Assembly: GCA_023515725.1 (NCBI GenBank)
Contig: JALDTO010000146.1
Span: forward strand, 124,001-188,000
Reading direction: 5' to 3'
From: Amoeboaphelidium protococcarum X5
Lineage: Eukaryota; Fungi; Aphelidiomycota
Length of the DNA stretch: 64,000 nt
Below are positions 23,591 through 36,672 of this stretch, piece after piece. A program made the position numbers and the translations under genes. Below the pieces are notes generated by a model that ran no database searches, was not told the origin of the DNA, and saw only the letters and a program-made list of their open reading frames with translations. Numbering within the stretch: position 1 is the stretch's first letter; each line of letters begins with the position of its first letter.

Positions 23591-26500
23591 TCACTTCTTT
23601 CTGTTGCTGTGCTTCTGCCCAGGAGATTGTTACTATTTCTTTGCCTGAAGAATCTTGACATTTGATGAATTAATAAGCTGAATCTTTGGACTATCCCAAT
23701 CTGGTCCTTTCCAATTCATCTTACGGCCGTCTTCATACAGCTTGTGCAGATAAGTGTTTAACTTACCACTACGCTCCAGTTCAAGATACTTCTCATATAG
23801 GAGCAGCGCAGTCTTGGCATCTTCCACGCTATCATGCATATGAGACTAAATATCCAGCTTCAGAACGTACCATGCAAGAAATCTCAATGAAATCTTTCGC
23901 TGACCCTTGATACGGTATATAGTCACAGTATCTATCACCTGATAGTCTGGCACAAAGATATTAATAGTCCTGAAATCCTTACTCAGTCCATGACCTACAA
24001 AGATGCATCCAAGATCAATAAGCGTCCTCAGCTAAAGATAAGCCGCCTTTCTATGAACCAGCCGCTTCTTTGACTTTTACGGATCCAAATCATCAGGCAA
24101 AATTCCACTATACTCGGTCAGATAATCCTAGACTGGCTGTGATACCAATATATAATCATCCACAAACGGCTTCAAATACGAAGGATCTTGACCGCGCAAA
24201 AGACTTAATCTCGCAAGCTGATTCATTTGAGGCCTCAGCACTGAGCGCGAGCCATCTGATCTGAATTCAATCTGCTCTTGAGACACAGAGACAAACTCGG
24301 CATCAATTGCAACCAGAAACTTGTCTTATATCTTCATAGCCTACTCATACTCAGAGTATTGAAGAGGAGTGACCTTGTTCTAAGATGGATTGCGATTTAG
24401 GAATACCATGTTAAACGTATTGTGAACCGGCTTCATTTATCGAATATCCTGGAAACGTGTAACCATTTCTAACGACTATTCACTAAAATCTGCTCTCGTA
24501 TAATGCAATATAGAAGGCTGCTTCCACTAAGACTTCATCTACAAGACTTCAAACGCCGATACCGGTCGAACGATGAAATCATTGAACATGTACCACTAGC
24601 CACTAATCTTTGCATATGTGAATTGGTTTACTGATTACGGTCGGGTATCAGACTAGGAAACATCAACAATGTTAATCACCATTCCTGTAAGATGATATTC
24701 TGTGAATTATTAATCAGCATCAGTCACGTTGAAGAGAAGCTGCTAATTTAGCTTAAGCGTTGACTGTATAAAAGTCTTGTCCAACAAGTCCTGATTTAAA
24801 TACCCAAAATCCTGCCATTACTTCTCATACTTGTCAATACTATCCTCATCAGGCAGATAAAACTTGAAATGCACATCCTTGGTCCTCCACGCTGACCACT
24901 TTTAAGTGCCCGTCAGAAGCGTTAAACTCTACGGCATAGACTGCAAGACTCTCTCCTGATTTAAAACTTTATAATTTTTACACTTTTAGCACCAAGCTTT
25001 CACTGTGCACAACTTTTAAATACTCAAGCAGATCAGCGATTATAAAGTGAGAGGAGACTAGAGCTTCTGCACCTCTTCCGCATTCAATAAATCTACAGTG
25101 AGTGGCAAGATTTCGCGTTCGTTCACTCCATGACAGTCACTGCAAGTACTCTTCAAGATCATTGGAACGCCATACATAAACTATATAGGATTCTACAGAG
25201 GATGTAATTTATTGATTATGGAATCCCCAATATGCTTCTACAGATACTCGAGATACCACTTGTAGACATTTTGTAGGGCAATACCCATGTCACCATTAGG
25301 ATTAGTCAAAAGTCCAAGGGCGGAAATCTAATCATTATTCTTGAAGGCACTAAGTAAGTTCGACGCCTAGCAATTGACTCCTTTCGCATTCTTGAGCATT
25401 GCAGCGAGGAAGGAGAGTTCGCATATTAGGCACTCTTCCACTAGACATTTAAATTCAGGCGAGGCATGTAGATGAGCTAAATCAGAGAGCATGAACTACT
25501 CACCATCACGCTAGAAACTGTAAACCATAAGCTAAAATATAGAATTCAAATAGTCCACGTCCAGATCATTTTCAAGTCCGCTGTATGTCTAAACTCTATT
25601 AAAATAAGTAAAATCAAAATCTTCGACTCCCAACTTGGAATAAACAATCTTTGGGCGACGATAATGTTCCGGAATGGTATTGTAGGATAGTACACTCCCA
25701 GACTCACTTTGCGGTGTAGACACGCTATTCTACAAAGGTGTAAGTGGAGTGTGAGACCGCGGATAAGGTGACGATGACAACTGATCACGCTCAATCTAAC
25801 TCTTGAACTTGACCCCAGAGTCCTGTTGTTAATAAACCGTATTCCTCTTCTGTCCCTTGTTAGAGTATGGTGCATAACCTACATAAGAATCCCACTTGGC
25901 CACACTGAGAATCTCTTGGGGGATTGGCATAGTTGGTAAATTCTAATGTTTCCATGCCTGCGACAGTTGGCCTGACAAAAGACTTTCCTTACTAGCAGGC
26001 ATACCCACGGTGGACAAGGGGACATTATGATCATCGAAATTGATAAAAGTCTAATCTTCACAAAGTGGAGTCGGGAGTGGAAGCTTACCAGACGTCACAT
26101 TCACAACCACAGGGACAGACGAGTTAATCTTATGCAATCTAAGTTGCCCAAAAGAGTCAAATGTCAGCATTAGATTGTCCGATTGAGATAATGAAGCCCC
26201 ACTGCAATCAGGAGCAAATCTCTAAGCGGACACGTCCTTATTAACTGAAATAAGTGTTCCATTAGACAAAATTACTATGATCTTGGAGCTTACAATTGAC
26301 ACTTGAATAATCTAAATCTAATCGTTCTAATCAAAATTTGCAATATCTTATAAGCTGAATACTTTAACTAGTTCCACTTCCTCTTAACAAGACAAAGAAT
26401 AAACACTTTACTATGAATGAATCAAAGCCAGTTTTTCTCTCTGCCAAGATACTACTGCATTCTTAATCTCAAACTGCTTGACAGTATGAAAGTTATTATG

Positions 26501-26995
26501 AATGTCTTTAACTAGAACTTTGCCACTCTGAGTACAACAAATTAGATATCCATCACATCTTTTCATACTCAGCACTATATCTTCAGTTCTAAAAGCACCC
26601 ACCTACTTTCCGTCAGCAACATCATGCAGCTATAGAGTGAGATCAGAAGTTGAGACGACAATATATTTGGAGTCGATAACAGCTACATGATAGAAATAAC
26701 TTGCCATATTAGAACTATTGTCGCATTAATACTGTATGAGGCTTTTATAGCTGTAAACCAGAAGACAATTATAGGACAGCAAAATATATCCCTTCTAATA
26801 CGGCAAAATCTAATGAAATCCCATAGAAGCAGGCGGTGTAATTCTAGTATAAATCTCCAGCATGGTGGCATCATTACAGACTGCGTATTGAGTCACAGAG
26901 ATACCATCATAGACATACAGAGATTCATTCTATAATGAGAATGCAGCCAACTAAGCTGTCAAATTATATACACATTTAACTTGAGGATCTGTCAT
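23591..26995 (-). CDS. PAN2: Poly(A) deadenylase subunit Pan2 (WD40, pseudo-UCH, DEDD exonuclease)
   Basis: [63 protein letters not shown]; single frame of 1134 aa. Confidence 0.93.
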
Positions 26996-27474
26996 TTATA
27001 TTTATTGACACTATATTTTTGAGCAATAATTATCAAATAAAACTTAGGTATTAAACTATTGTACTGCGACACATAACAATGAAAGGGAAGAACAAGAGAT
27101 AAACGAAGAAGGAACGTTGATTGTTGTTGTATCTGCCTGCAGTAAACACAATGCAATGTCTAACGCGCGGTGTTGTTTTATGATGACAGACAATGGTTAT
27201 TACCGACACAATTAATGATCAGCAGTAACAACTAGATATGCGGCGAGGTATCAAATGGCAAGTAAAATTGAGTGCCAAACGCGTAAACATCTGACCAACT
27301 TGCCATTCTTTTTTATCGCCGTAAAATTTGACTAAAGGAATACAGAGGGGAGCGGTCGTTTCAGCCTTAAAGACGAACACTCACGTTATAACTGAAAGGC
27401 TTGCAATCCTAGCTGAGAAGCTAAAGAACAATAAAATGACTAGAATATAAATTGCAAAATGTGCTTTATTTATT

Positions 27475-27912
27475 TCAGACAGAATTTGAGGTGACAACTT
27501 TACGGGATGTAAACTTTACCATCAGCGAGCCTACCAACACGACAGATAGTAGATTAATCAGATTAGTGAGAAAGAGTCCATAGTTCCAAGTGAACGCACC
27601 CGCGAGTTGAGCTTGAGCTATCGTGTTGTAGATCGGGGTAGACTCACCGGAACTGCTGGTACTTATGGCGGCAAATGTAGTTGGAGCATTCGACACGGCT
27701 GAAGGGCCTTGAGCATTTCGCACTTCAGATGGATACTTGACCACCAGGAATAGACTGCTTAAATTGGATCCCAGCAGGAGATCATTGACCAGTGACTGGA
27801 TAAAAGTTGATAGAGTCAGAGCCACCAGAAATGCCACAGTGAGCGTCACGAATAAAGGGCGAGTTTTGGTTTACTGATACATTTGTTAGTTGCTTGACTT
27901 TTAGCTATTCAT
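27475..27912 (-). CDS. MscL-family large-conductance mechanosensitive channel-like protein
   Basis: TM1 LTVAFLVALTLSTFIQSLVNDLL, loop YNTIAQAQLAGAFTWNYGLFL, TM2 TNLINLLSVVLV; 145 aa. Confidence 0.82.
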
Positions 27913-28314
27913 TATTGATTGTCTTGTGATTCAGTACACTATACCGGCGAGATATTTAGGATTATATTTTAGTAGTGAAGGAGTTGAGACAAGTCTTTTG
28001 CGCGGATATAGTTTTAAAGAGGCTTTGCACAGTTTCCTGATTAGGAGCATGAAACACGCTTAGTTTCCTATTTAGGTCAGACGCCTCAAATTAGTAATTC
28101 AGGTGCAGACTTTAAATGTAAAACTGCTGAATGATATTAAGAATTACAGAACCATTGTCACACTTTTTGCTAGATGCCTCATGAATTAAACTGTTAAAGT
28201 ATTGATCTATGCAGCATACTAAAAGCATTGGTGATGAGCTAATTTCGTGTACTTTAACTTTCTTTCTTTCAACGATCGCGTCCGACTTGACACAACAAAT
28301 TTCGCGCACATATC

Positions 28315-29574
28315 ATGTTTGGAGCTTCCTTCGTCATCTGGCTGATTCTGCACTTGTGTCTGTATAGACTGTACAAGTCAATACTCGTTCCTATACTTGA
28401 GAATGGCCACAGCGGTAAAGATTCAGATAAAGACCAAGGTGAGGCTCAAGACAATGGGCATCGTCGAGAAGCCTCAATCAATCGCCCACTACCTCCCGTT
28501 CCACAGCCTCAACCTTAGATAACTTTAAAGATGCTTTCCCATGTGTAGGCAACTTCGCCGCTAATATAGACGGTGCTAAAGTCATAGTTCCATTCTATGC
28601 TATCACCATCACTCATAAGTAATCAGTCGCTGGCTGAGAGATTGCGAGAGAATTTGAATAGGGAGTTTGCAATGATGGGTCCGAAGAACAAGATTTTCAA
28701 ATCTCTCTCTGTTGGTAAGCTGCAAGTGGGCGGAGTAGATTCTGTACCGATTCTAAGAAATTTCCAAGTTTTGCGGTAATATCTTAGCAGCAGTAATGAT
28801 GGTGTCAAAGTCTCTATTAGTAATGATGCGATTGCGACCGGTCTTGATCAGCAGTCACAGAATCGTTTGAACAATTACAAGCTGTCGTTCGCGTAAGAGG
28901 AGTTGGTGACTGAGATTGTCGGTAAGCTGGTATATTGCGGTGGATTCTATATGGAATTCAATACTACACTGCAGATGTATACAACGATAGAGGCTGTGCT
29001 GAAAGTGCATGTACTGGATGTCATTGGAATGTTTATATTCTCGTTCGGCTCACGCCTGGAACACGATGCTGAGACTGATTAGTCGATTCCAGTGTTCACA
29101 GTGACCATCTCCCTGAAAGAGGATCCAGCGATTAATCTGGACATAAAGTCTGAACTTGGCCAGCTGTAGGATCTAAGCATAGTCAAACAGGTGATCAATA
29201 GTACAATCAAAGTGGTGTTGAGACGTTTATTCGTTGAACCATCCGGTCGCAGATTCGAATGGCGACCATACACTGCTGGTTGGAAGAGTGTAGAGTTGAG
29301 TAAGGCTGACAAGTAACAAATTTTGGATTAGAAAAAGAAGAGGAACGCAGCGATTTAGTAATAGTAATAGTAAATTGCTTAGCTATAGTAGTAGTCCTAA
29401 CAGTAGTAAGCTTAGTCTTAATCACAGATTTAAATATCATCCTCTTAGAGCAGCAGTCCATCATCTGTTAATGCCAAGTAGCAAGGTTCTTATTAGTAAT
29501 TATCTGCACCTGCACCAGTTCTGCCTCCGCGTCAACTCTCTAAGTCATTTGTGAATAATCTATAAGATTAATGA
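28315..29574 (+). CDS. N-terminally anchored SMP (TULIP) domain protein, Mmm1/PDZD8/Nvj2-like, with Gln-rich tail
   Basis: TM at N-terminus; LVYCGGFYMEFNTTL, LKEDPAINLDIKSELG, LRRLFVEP resemble SMP consensus; poly-TAR run 29356-29420. Confidence 0.6.
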
Positions 29575-29653
29575 TACTAGAATCAATAATATATATATAT
29601 AAAAGAAATTCCTTCTATGCATAAGAAAGTACTATTCATTTTAAACAATTGAA

Positions 29654-31009
29654 TCACTTTCTCATAATCTTCTACAAAGTGGTGAGCTTTTACTTTTTCT
29701 TAGCCTGCTTCTTAATCTTTCCAGGTTGAGATGCATTAACAGAATAGGTGGTAGCAGCAGCAGCAGAAGTCGATTAAACTCTTTGTCTATTTGACTACTA
29801 TTATTGCTATTACCGCGTACGGACTGAACTTGTCTCTACTTCCATCATGGTATCTAGATTAACTTCAATGAAATCATCATCGTCTTCCTCTTTAAAACTA
29901 TCATCACCAGTATCACCATCATAATCATCTATAACATCTTTTCTTAATCGCTAAACAATTAGATTAATCTCATTCACAGCAGGAGCTTTGATTCCACCAG
30001 ATTGACACATTGACAAAGTTTCATCTATACTCTGAACAGCATCACGGACTTGATGTGCGAATTTCTATACATTAGAACTATCACCACCATCTTGCAAGAT
30101 TTAATCGCATACATTAATCCATCCTAGTAATTTCCAAGTCTTAATTATCATCAGCAACTTCAAGTCACGTCGAATCTCCTCATAAACACCAGTGTTCTAC
30201 TAACTTTCATCCTCTAATTATAGATGTGGATTATCATTACCAACACTAGAATTTTACAAACTAATTTCAATTATACTATCGGCACTATCAGCACTATCAT
30301 CAGCCACTTTTAAAGACTTCAGATTCCACCTCAATTTCAAATTCAGATCTATAATACTGCTCAGTGAGTAATGATGTTGATCATACGGCATCGTAAAGCC
30401 TTACTCAGCCTCAGACTATACTCTTCTAAATCTATTCATTTAAATCTACTTGAAGCGATTATTGCCATTATCACTTTGAGGACCGTTTATAGATGAATCA
30501 GCGGGCGGTGATGGTACATGATGGTGCAGGTAGTCTAAACACACGTCCAAAACGCCAATAGACCGAGAATTACAAAGATATGGAAACTATGAAATCCAGC
30601 CTTTGAATATATCCAACAATTTCTAATGATGATACTTTGCAATATCATAACATTGTGATGATGAGGTGGAAACCAGTCGCGGAATTAATCGGTTCAGCTC
30701 TGGTATCAACTGAAATCTAAATTATTAACCACGTCTAAACATGTAGTCCACCAGAGAGTATACTCTATTCAGTCTAAGTTTTTACTATTGAATATCAGAC
30801 TACTTGACTAAATTACCACTAATTGCCTGCGTAAGAGTATCAATTATCAGATTGTACATAAAGGTGGCGGCTGATGGATACTCTTTCAAAATCACCTTAA
30901 ACTGTGATTAAAGTTCCCGCATATCAGAACTAGAGTCACCACCATTAACATTGACTTTATCAAATAGTTTTAATAATTTACTTTGAATTTATTTCTATGA
31001 AAGTTCCAT
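29654..31009 (-). CDS. UVSSA-like protein (VHS-like N-terminus)
   Basis: LVDYMFRRGQQFRFQL (cf. ELFVRSHQFR), ENTGVYEEIRRDLKLL..LLGWI, EEDDDDFIEV, basic C-terminus; 451 aa. Confidence 0.6.
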
Positions 31010-31272
31010 TCATTTACCTACTAAACTTAGCGTTTCAATATTGCTAAAAGCTGAAGTCTAACTTGTTCAAGCAAAGAAGGGAAAAGATATAAAACCAAGA
31101 GCGGGAGCGAGAGAGATAGAGACAAACAGAGACTCATGACACGAGATGGCCTACCTGTAATTAAAAAGTCAAATAACGCCTTTATTAAAATCCTAATCTT
31201 TTCATATTATTTCACTCATGTATATTGCTAATTGCTTTTTCAAGACCAAAACTACGCGCACCAGGATCACAC

Positions 31273-32214
31273 TCACTCAGCAGGAGGACCGACAACTTGA
31301 ATCACATTTTTGGTGACGATGTAATCAGTTAACAATGTCATCGCAATAGTGCCCCCAATAATAGTGCCAATGCCCAAAAACACACCTAGACCAATTACAA
31401 ATGAATTAGCGGACAAAAGACTAAGAAGGATTATAAAGATACCGGTAGTAAAGGGCACAAAGATATCAGCGAGAACCATACCAACCATTCTACGGTTGAT
31501 TTTTCTCTTTATCAAATCCGCGTCAGTTGTGATGTTTTGCTAGCCATTCACGCTGGCAACAGGTACAGAGTTATCGTACGCAGAGTAAATATACGGGTGG
31601 GAGACCACAGCACCACTACCATAGTATACAGTTTAATAACCCAAATATGTTTTGAAGCAATTATCTATATTCATGCAATTGGTATCGAAAATGCACTTGT
31701 TCAACTGGCTAGTCTCCTGATCACCCAACTTGCACAGGCTGACAGCGAAATTTACCTGTTGGGAATAGCGCCTCAGTCTTTCGTCATTATTGACATTACA
31801 TTGCTACAGTTTGTCCTGCAACTTTTGACAGAAGGCACCACAGTACTTAAATTCAGCGGTCAGTAGCTTCTAGCTTGCAGTACTGAACTCCTCAGTGGTC
31901 ACCTAGTAATTACCAGAGGCATCGGCGAATTTGTAGATGGATCCCAGACTGACCTTCTCCTGACCAGGTGTAGCGAGAGCAGCAGTCTTCAAATTGAACT
32001 TCTTCACCTCATCGCGCTCAATAACACCATCCTTGTCCTAATCCATCTCCTGGAAAGCTTCAGCAATCTTTTGTGACGCGACACCCATGTCGCTACCGAA
32101 ATACAGATCCAGAAGGGTAGTGCTCTCCATAGCGCCATCGCACTTCTCCTTCTTACGCGCATCAATAACACTAAATAGCGCAGAGACGATTGCCAAAACT
32201 ATGATCACCTTCAT
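31273..32214 (-). CDS. Secreted or membrane EF-hand protein with Cys-rich domain and C-terminal hydrophobic hairpin
   Basis: MKVIIVLAIVSALFSVIDA signal peptide; DQDKDGVIERDE canonical EF loop plus DASGNYQVTTEE; Cys cluster; KRK..RR then two hydrophobic helices; 313 aa. Confidence 0.8.
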
Positions 32215-32570
32215 TTTAATGACTGCGGTGACTGCGTGCTAAATATGCTTAATATGTTTGTGAAATATTTAAACTATGGCATCGATCACCCGACTACCTA
32301 CTTCAGCTGATGCAGCACGTACCCCTGATAGAAATGTGAGATTGTACTGAAACGGATCGTCTAGGGTTGAAATATCATGATTATGAGTGAATGATCTCAA
32401 AGGTGTTATCTCTTCACCTTTGAGGATAAAGTACAATATCTAGCCGATACTAACTTTTTATTAAATCTTACAAGAAATACAACCTTAGTGACAACCAGAT
32501 TGATCGCAATAAAAAGTATAGTTTGTTGAATATAAGTGAAAAGGGATATTAAATTGGAGATTAATTAAAA

Positions 32571-33758
32571 TCATAATTTCTCAATAAGAATACCTGTGGC
32601 GCCACCGCCACCGTTGCATATAGCAGCGCATCCAATCTGGCCACTTTTCAACAGAGATGTCAAGGTGATTACAATTCGCGATCCAGAGCTGCCAATGGGA
32701 TGTCCGAGTGACACTCCACCACCTGCAATATTCACCTTTTCTGGATCAAGACCAAGGATCTTCTCATTAGCTCTAACCACCACACTGAAAGCCTCGTTAA
32801 TCTCGAATAAACTAATATCTGACAGCTTCTTACCAGAGATGCTCAACAACTTTTTAATAGCATCAGCAGGAGCGATTGTAAACTCTTTCGGGTCCCGCTG
32901 CGTGTCACAGTACGCAATAATACGAGCCAGTGGCTTCAATCCACCAACACTCTTAGCCTTGTCCTCTGACATTAGCACCACGGCACTGGCACCATCATTC
33001 AGAGTACTTGCATTGGCAGCGGTAACACTTCCACCCTGAGCTTTGAACACTGGCTTCAAGGAGCCAATCTTGCTGAAATCCACACGCTTAAACTCCTCAT
33101 CATCCTCAACCATTGTCACTTTGCCCTTAATCTTGACTGGTACCGGAACTATTTCGCTCTTAAATACACCATCTTGATGTGCCTGTGCAGCCCGCTTGTA
33201 ACTGGATATAGCATGTCCATCCTACTGCTATCTGCTAATGCCAAACTTCTCTGCAGTCTCCTCGGCACAGCTGCCCATATGAATCTGATACTGAGCATCC
33301 CACAAGCCATCCTTGATTATAGAGTCCGTGACCGTTTGGTGGCCATAACCATAACCTGCACGAGCCTTCTAATCCAAATAGTACGGCGCATTACTCATCG
33401 ATTCCATACCGCCGGCAACAACGACATCGCAATGACCAAGCTGGATCTGGGATGCACCCAAAGTTATCGCCTTCATACCGGATGCGCACACCTTATTAAC
33501 AAGAGTGGTAGGCACTGAGCTGGGGATACCTGCTAGGCGAGCGACCTGTGTAGATGGGGCCTGGCCAAGATTAGCACTCACCACATTGCCAAAGTATAAA
33601 TCTTGAACTTGAGATGGCTCCAGGTGTGCACGTTCCAATGCTCCCTTCACAGCGACTCCTCCCAGAACTGTGGCAGGCATAGAACTCAGCGTCGATCTAA
33701 AGGATCCAACCGGAGTTCTCGCCGCAGATGCTATAACTACATTTCTAAACTTGGACAT
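32571..33758 (-). CDS. ERG10: Acetyl-CoA acetyltransferase (biosynthetic thiolase)
   Basis: [41 protein letters not shown]; an in-frame TGA upstream fixes the start; 395 aa. Confidence 0.95.
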
Positions 33759-33993
33759 TTTTATTCGTTCTCACAATCGACTGACAATGGTAACCAGATA
33801 TCGTTAAGTAAACGTTGGCGTTAAAGTGAATGAAAAAGGAGATATATCAAACATCGGCAACTTTAGTAAGACGTACACTGAAGTTTAATAAATGCCTTCT
33901 CTCAAATTCAAGATGATTAAAGTATGGACAACTTTCAATATAAATATATCATCTACTAATATTATACAAAGAGAATAAAATATCTTGGAATAA

Positions 33994-34770
33994 TCAATAA
34001 CCATAAATTTCATAGTCGGAACTGTCAGAGTCGTGAGGGGAGAAGCGCGATAATTACGAAGAAGTTGTTGTGGATCCATCATCAAAGTCTTCGCTAGCAA
34101 ATTCATCTAGTTCAATTAAAGGATCTCCAATATCAGGATACTCATGAGCCCAATGATCTTCAGCATTAGAGTCCTCATCTTCGCCATACTCATCCTAGTT
34201 CCATTAATCAGATTCAAATTCACGTTCAAGCATCTCCTAAAGAATGAGAAAATCTTCTTCATCAGCCAACACTGCAGACGCAACGTTCACGCTGTCATTT
34301 ATCACAGAATTCATTGCAGAATCTTCAGCGCATACACGATATTAATCATATACATACTCTTCTTCATCTATATCCACATCAGGGAGAGCATCCTTCAATA
34401 ATGGTGTAAATTTTTCATAAAACCCCTTCAAACTATGATCCTCCCGCGTATGTGCAGAGTCCATTTATTATTGCGCCGTGAGGTAAAACTCATTTCTAGA
34501 ATCTTTAGCCAATCTAAGCCGCTTTGCATTTTATGAATCAAGACTCCCCTAAGCCTCGGGTGTAGAGTCCTTGCTATCATATTACGAAGGATTTTCTAAT
34601 GATACAAATTCATCACTTTGAGATTAATCGCGTTTCCTTTTCAACACCAAACGCTATTATTAATTCTCTATCCTCAAAAAATCCACAGCTTAATCATCGC
34701 GTTTCCTTTTAATTCTCACGTAGTGCTGCTATGGTTAACTGTCTTTATCAATTGGATACTAAATAAGCAT
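33994..34770 (-). CDS. IWR1: RNA polymerase II nuclear import factor Iwr1/SLC7A6OS
   Basis: N-terminal VRIKRKR, EYVYDQY, EDEDSNAEDHWAHEYPD; 258 aa. Confidence 0.8.
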
Positions 34771-35231
34771 TTTTATAATGATTAACGTCTAAAAATTAAA
34801 ATACACTCTAAATCAATAACAAAATAAAAATTATAACAGCTTTTGAGCAAAACAAGAAGTGAAAAATGGTGTACAGTGCCATAGTCGCGCCTGATGAATC
34901 ACAACGTTTACAGGAGACAGGTACCAATGCGTATTTCTAACTTGGCTAACTCGTCCTTTAATAAGGTTTAGTTATAGAGTTTTTAATAAATCTCTATTTT
35001 TTCGATATATCGTAGTAAAGCTGTCCTACTCATCCCGCGTTGTTGGTTCTCAAAAAGTCATCCAAAAACTAAATTGCTCCCGGCTCACTCAATCGGCAAA
35101 GTCCCACTCACTCAGTGAAACAACAACAACAATTCAGCGATCGTTTCATTCCTTTGTGAAACAACAACAATCAGCAGTATAGTTACTTCTAAAAAGTCAA
35201 GTCTTAACTAGTCTCTAAAGCACCAATAACT

Positions 35232-36332
35232 ATGTCTGGGCAGCCGTTTAATAATATATCTACAGCTATCAAGTCTGTGAGAAAGCCAAGAGAGGGAAGT
35301 CCAACTACCAACAATTTTCTGAGTTCCTCTGGATCTCCATCTGGTGGCGATAAGCGATTAACAATGATTGACGATGCTCAGTATGTTATTCCGTAGTAGT
35401 AGAGTAATTCTTAAAAGGAGCAGAGTTATATGGATGATTTATCTACTGGTTTAGATAATTAGTTGGCTAATATGCGCTACCAGATTGCTGTCGATCCTAA
35501 TTCATCAAGTGTTATTGATAGAGAATCAAACATTGATGGTTCATCATCAGAGTTAAGAAATAATATTAATCAAAATCAGCAATCTTCATAATCATCAGCA
35601 GCGGCATAATCTGGCATTGGTGACTTGATATCCTCTCTGCAAAAAGGATTGACAAGTGCACCATAACCATCACCTGTTAGTCCTAGTAGGAGCACAGCGG
35701 ATAGAAGAAGATCATCATTCACACCACCATCAATTGGTGGCGGTTATCTCCAATAATAATCATCTGATAACACGTAAACAACAATGGTGCAATCTAAGCG
35801 ATCATCGTTCAATTCATTTGCATAATCTCCATTCGCACTGTCCACAGCAGAGGCATAGTAAGCGTAGAAAATGAAGCGCATGTCTAATCCCACTCCTCTG
35901 TCGCTTCAGCATTAGCAAATTATGCAGCAGAATGCAATGCAACATGCAATATCGCAGATATCTGAAAAGGAACTTGAATCATCATCGACATAGGGCAAGG
36001 GATCAATCTCGAGTTCAATGGATAATAATTACAAAGAGAGTGCTGGTGAACCTCAGGGCGTAGTTGCAATTGAGCCTGAATAAAACCAAGAGACTCTGGG
36101 ATTGATTAAATTTGTACCTGAAGATTGGATTCAGAGCATTGTAATACCGAATTCGATGGTGAACACTGCTGATAATGCTTACGCCGACGATAAGAGGTAC
36201 GCCAAGTTTAGACGCGCAATCATTTCCATTCTTGAAGATGAAATTGATTATCCTCTTAAGCCTCCTACTAGACTTGCGTACATGAATTAATTAGTGGGTG
36301 AATTTTTATTGCCGAATAAAACAATAGGTTGA
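35232..36332 (+). CDS. Hypothetical S/Q/N-rich disordered protein with ordered C-terminal segment
   Basis: 366-codon TGA-free frame from ATG 35232; C-terminal IKFVPEDWIQSIVIP...YAKFRRAIISILEDEIDYP. Confidence 0.7.
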
Positions 36333-36672
36333 TATAAGCGTTTATTGGTTCTAAAATATATATATAGAAGAAAGTGTATTCAAATGCAGCATGATCGTTT
36401 GTATTCAGTATATACCACTTGACGTTTATCCATTATCGTTCTTCCTATCGCTAATCATTACTGTCTTAAGCGCGTGAGTTTCGTGAGTGAACAGCAACGT
36501 CTTCATTCTCGCATTTGGTCTTTGAATGTCGCGACGATTCATTCATAGTTTTTGACAACTTTTCTTTTTCTGCGGAACCGACACGCCTTGAAAGTTTTCA
36601 CGGCCTTAGAATAGAAGAGATAATAAAGTGCCTTTATCGAATTAAATAAATAAAAACCAAGAATTGACTACT

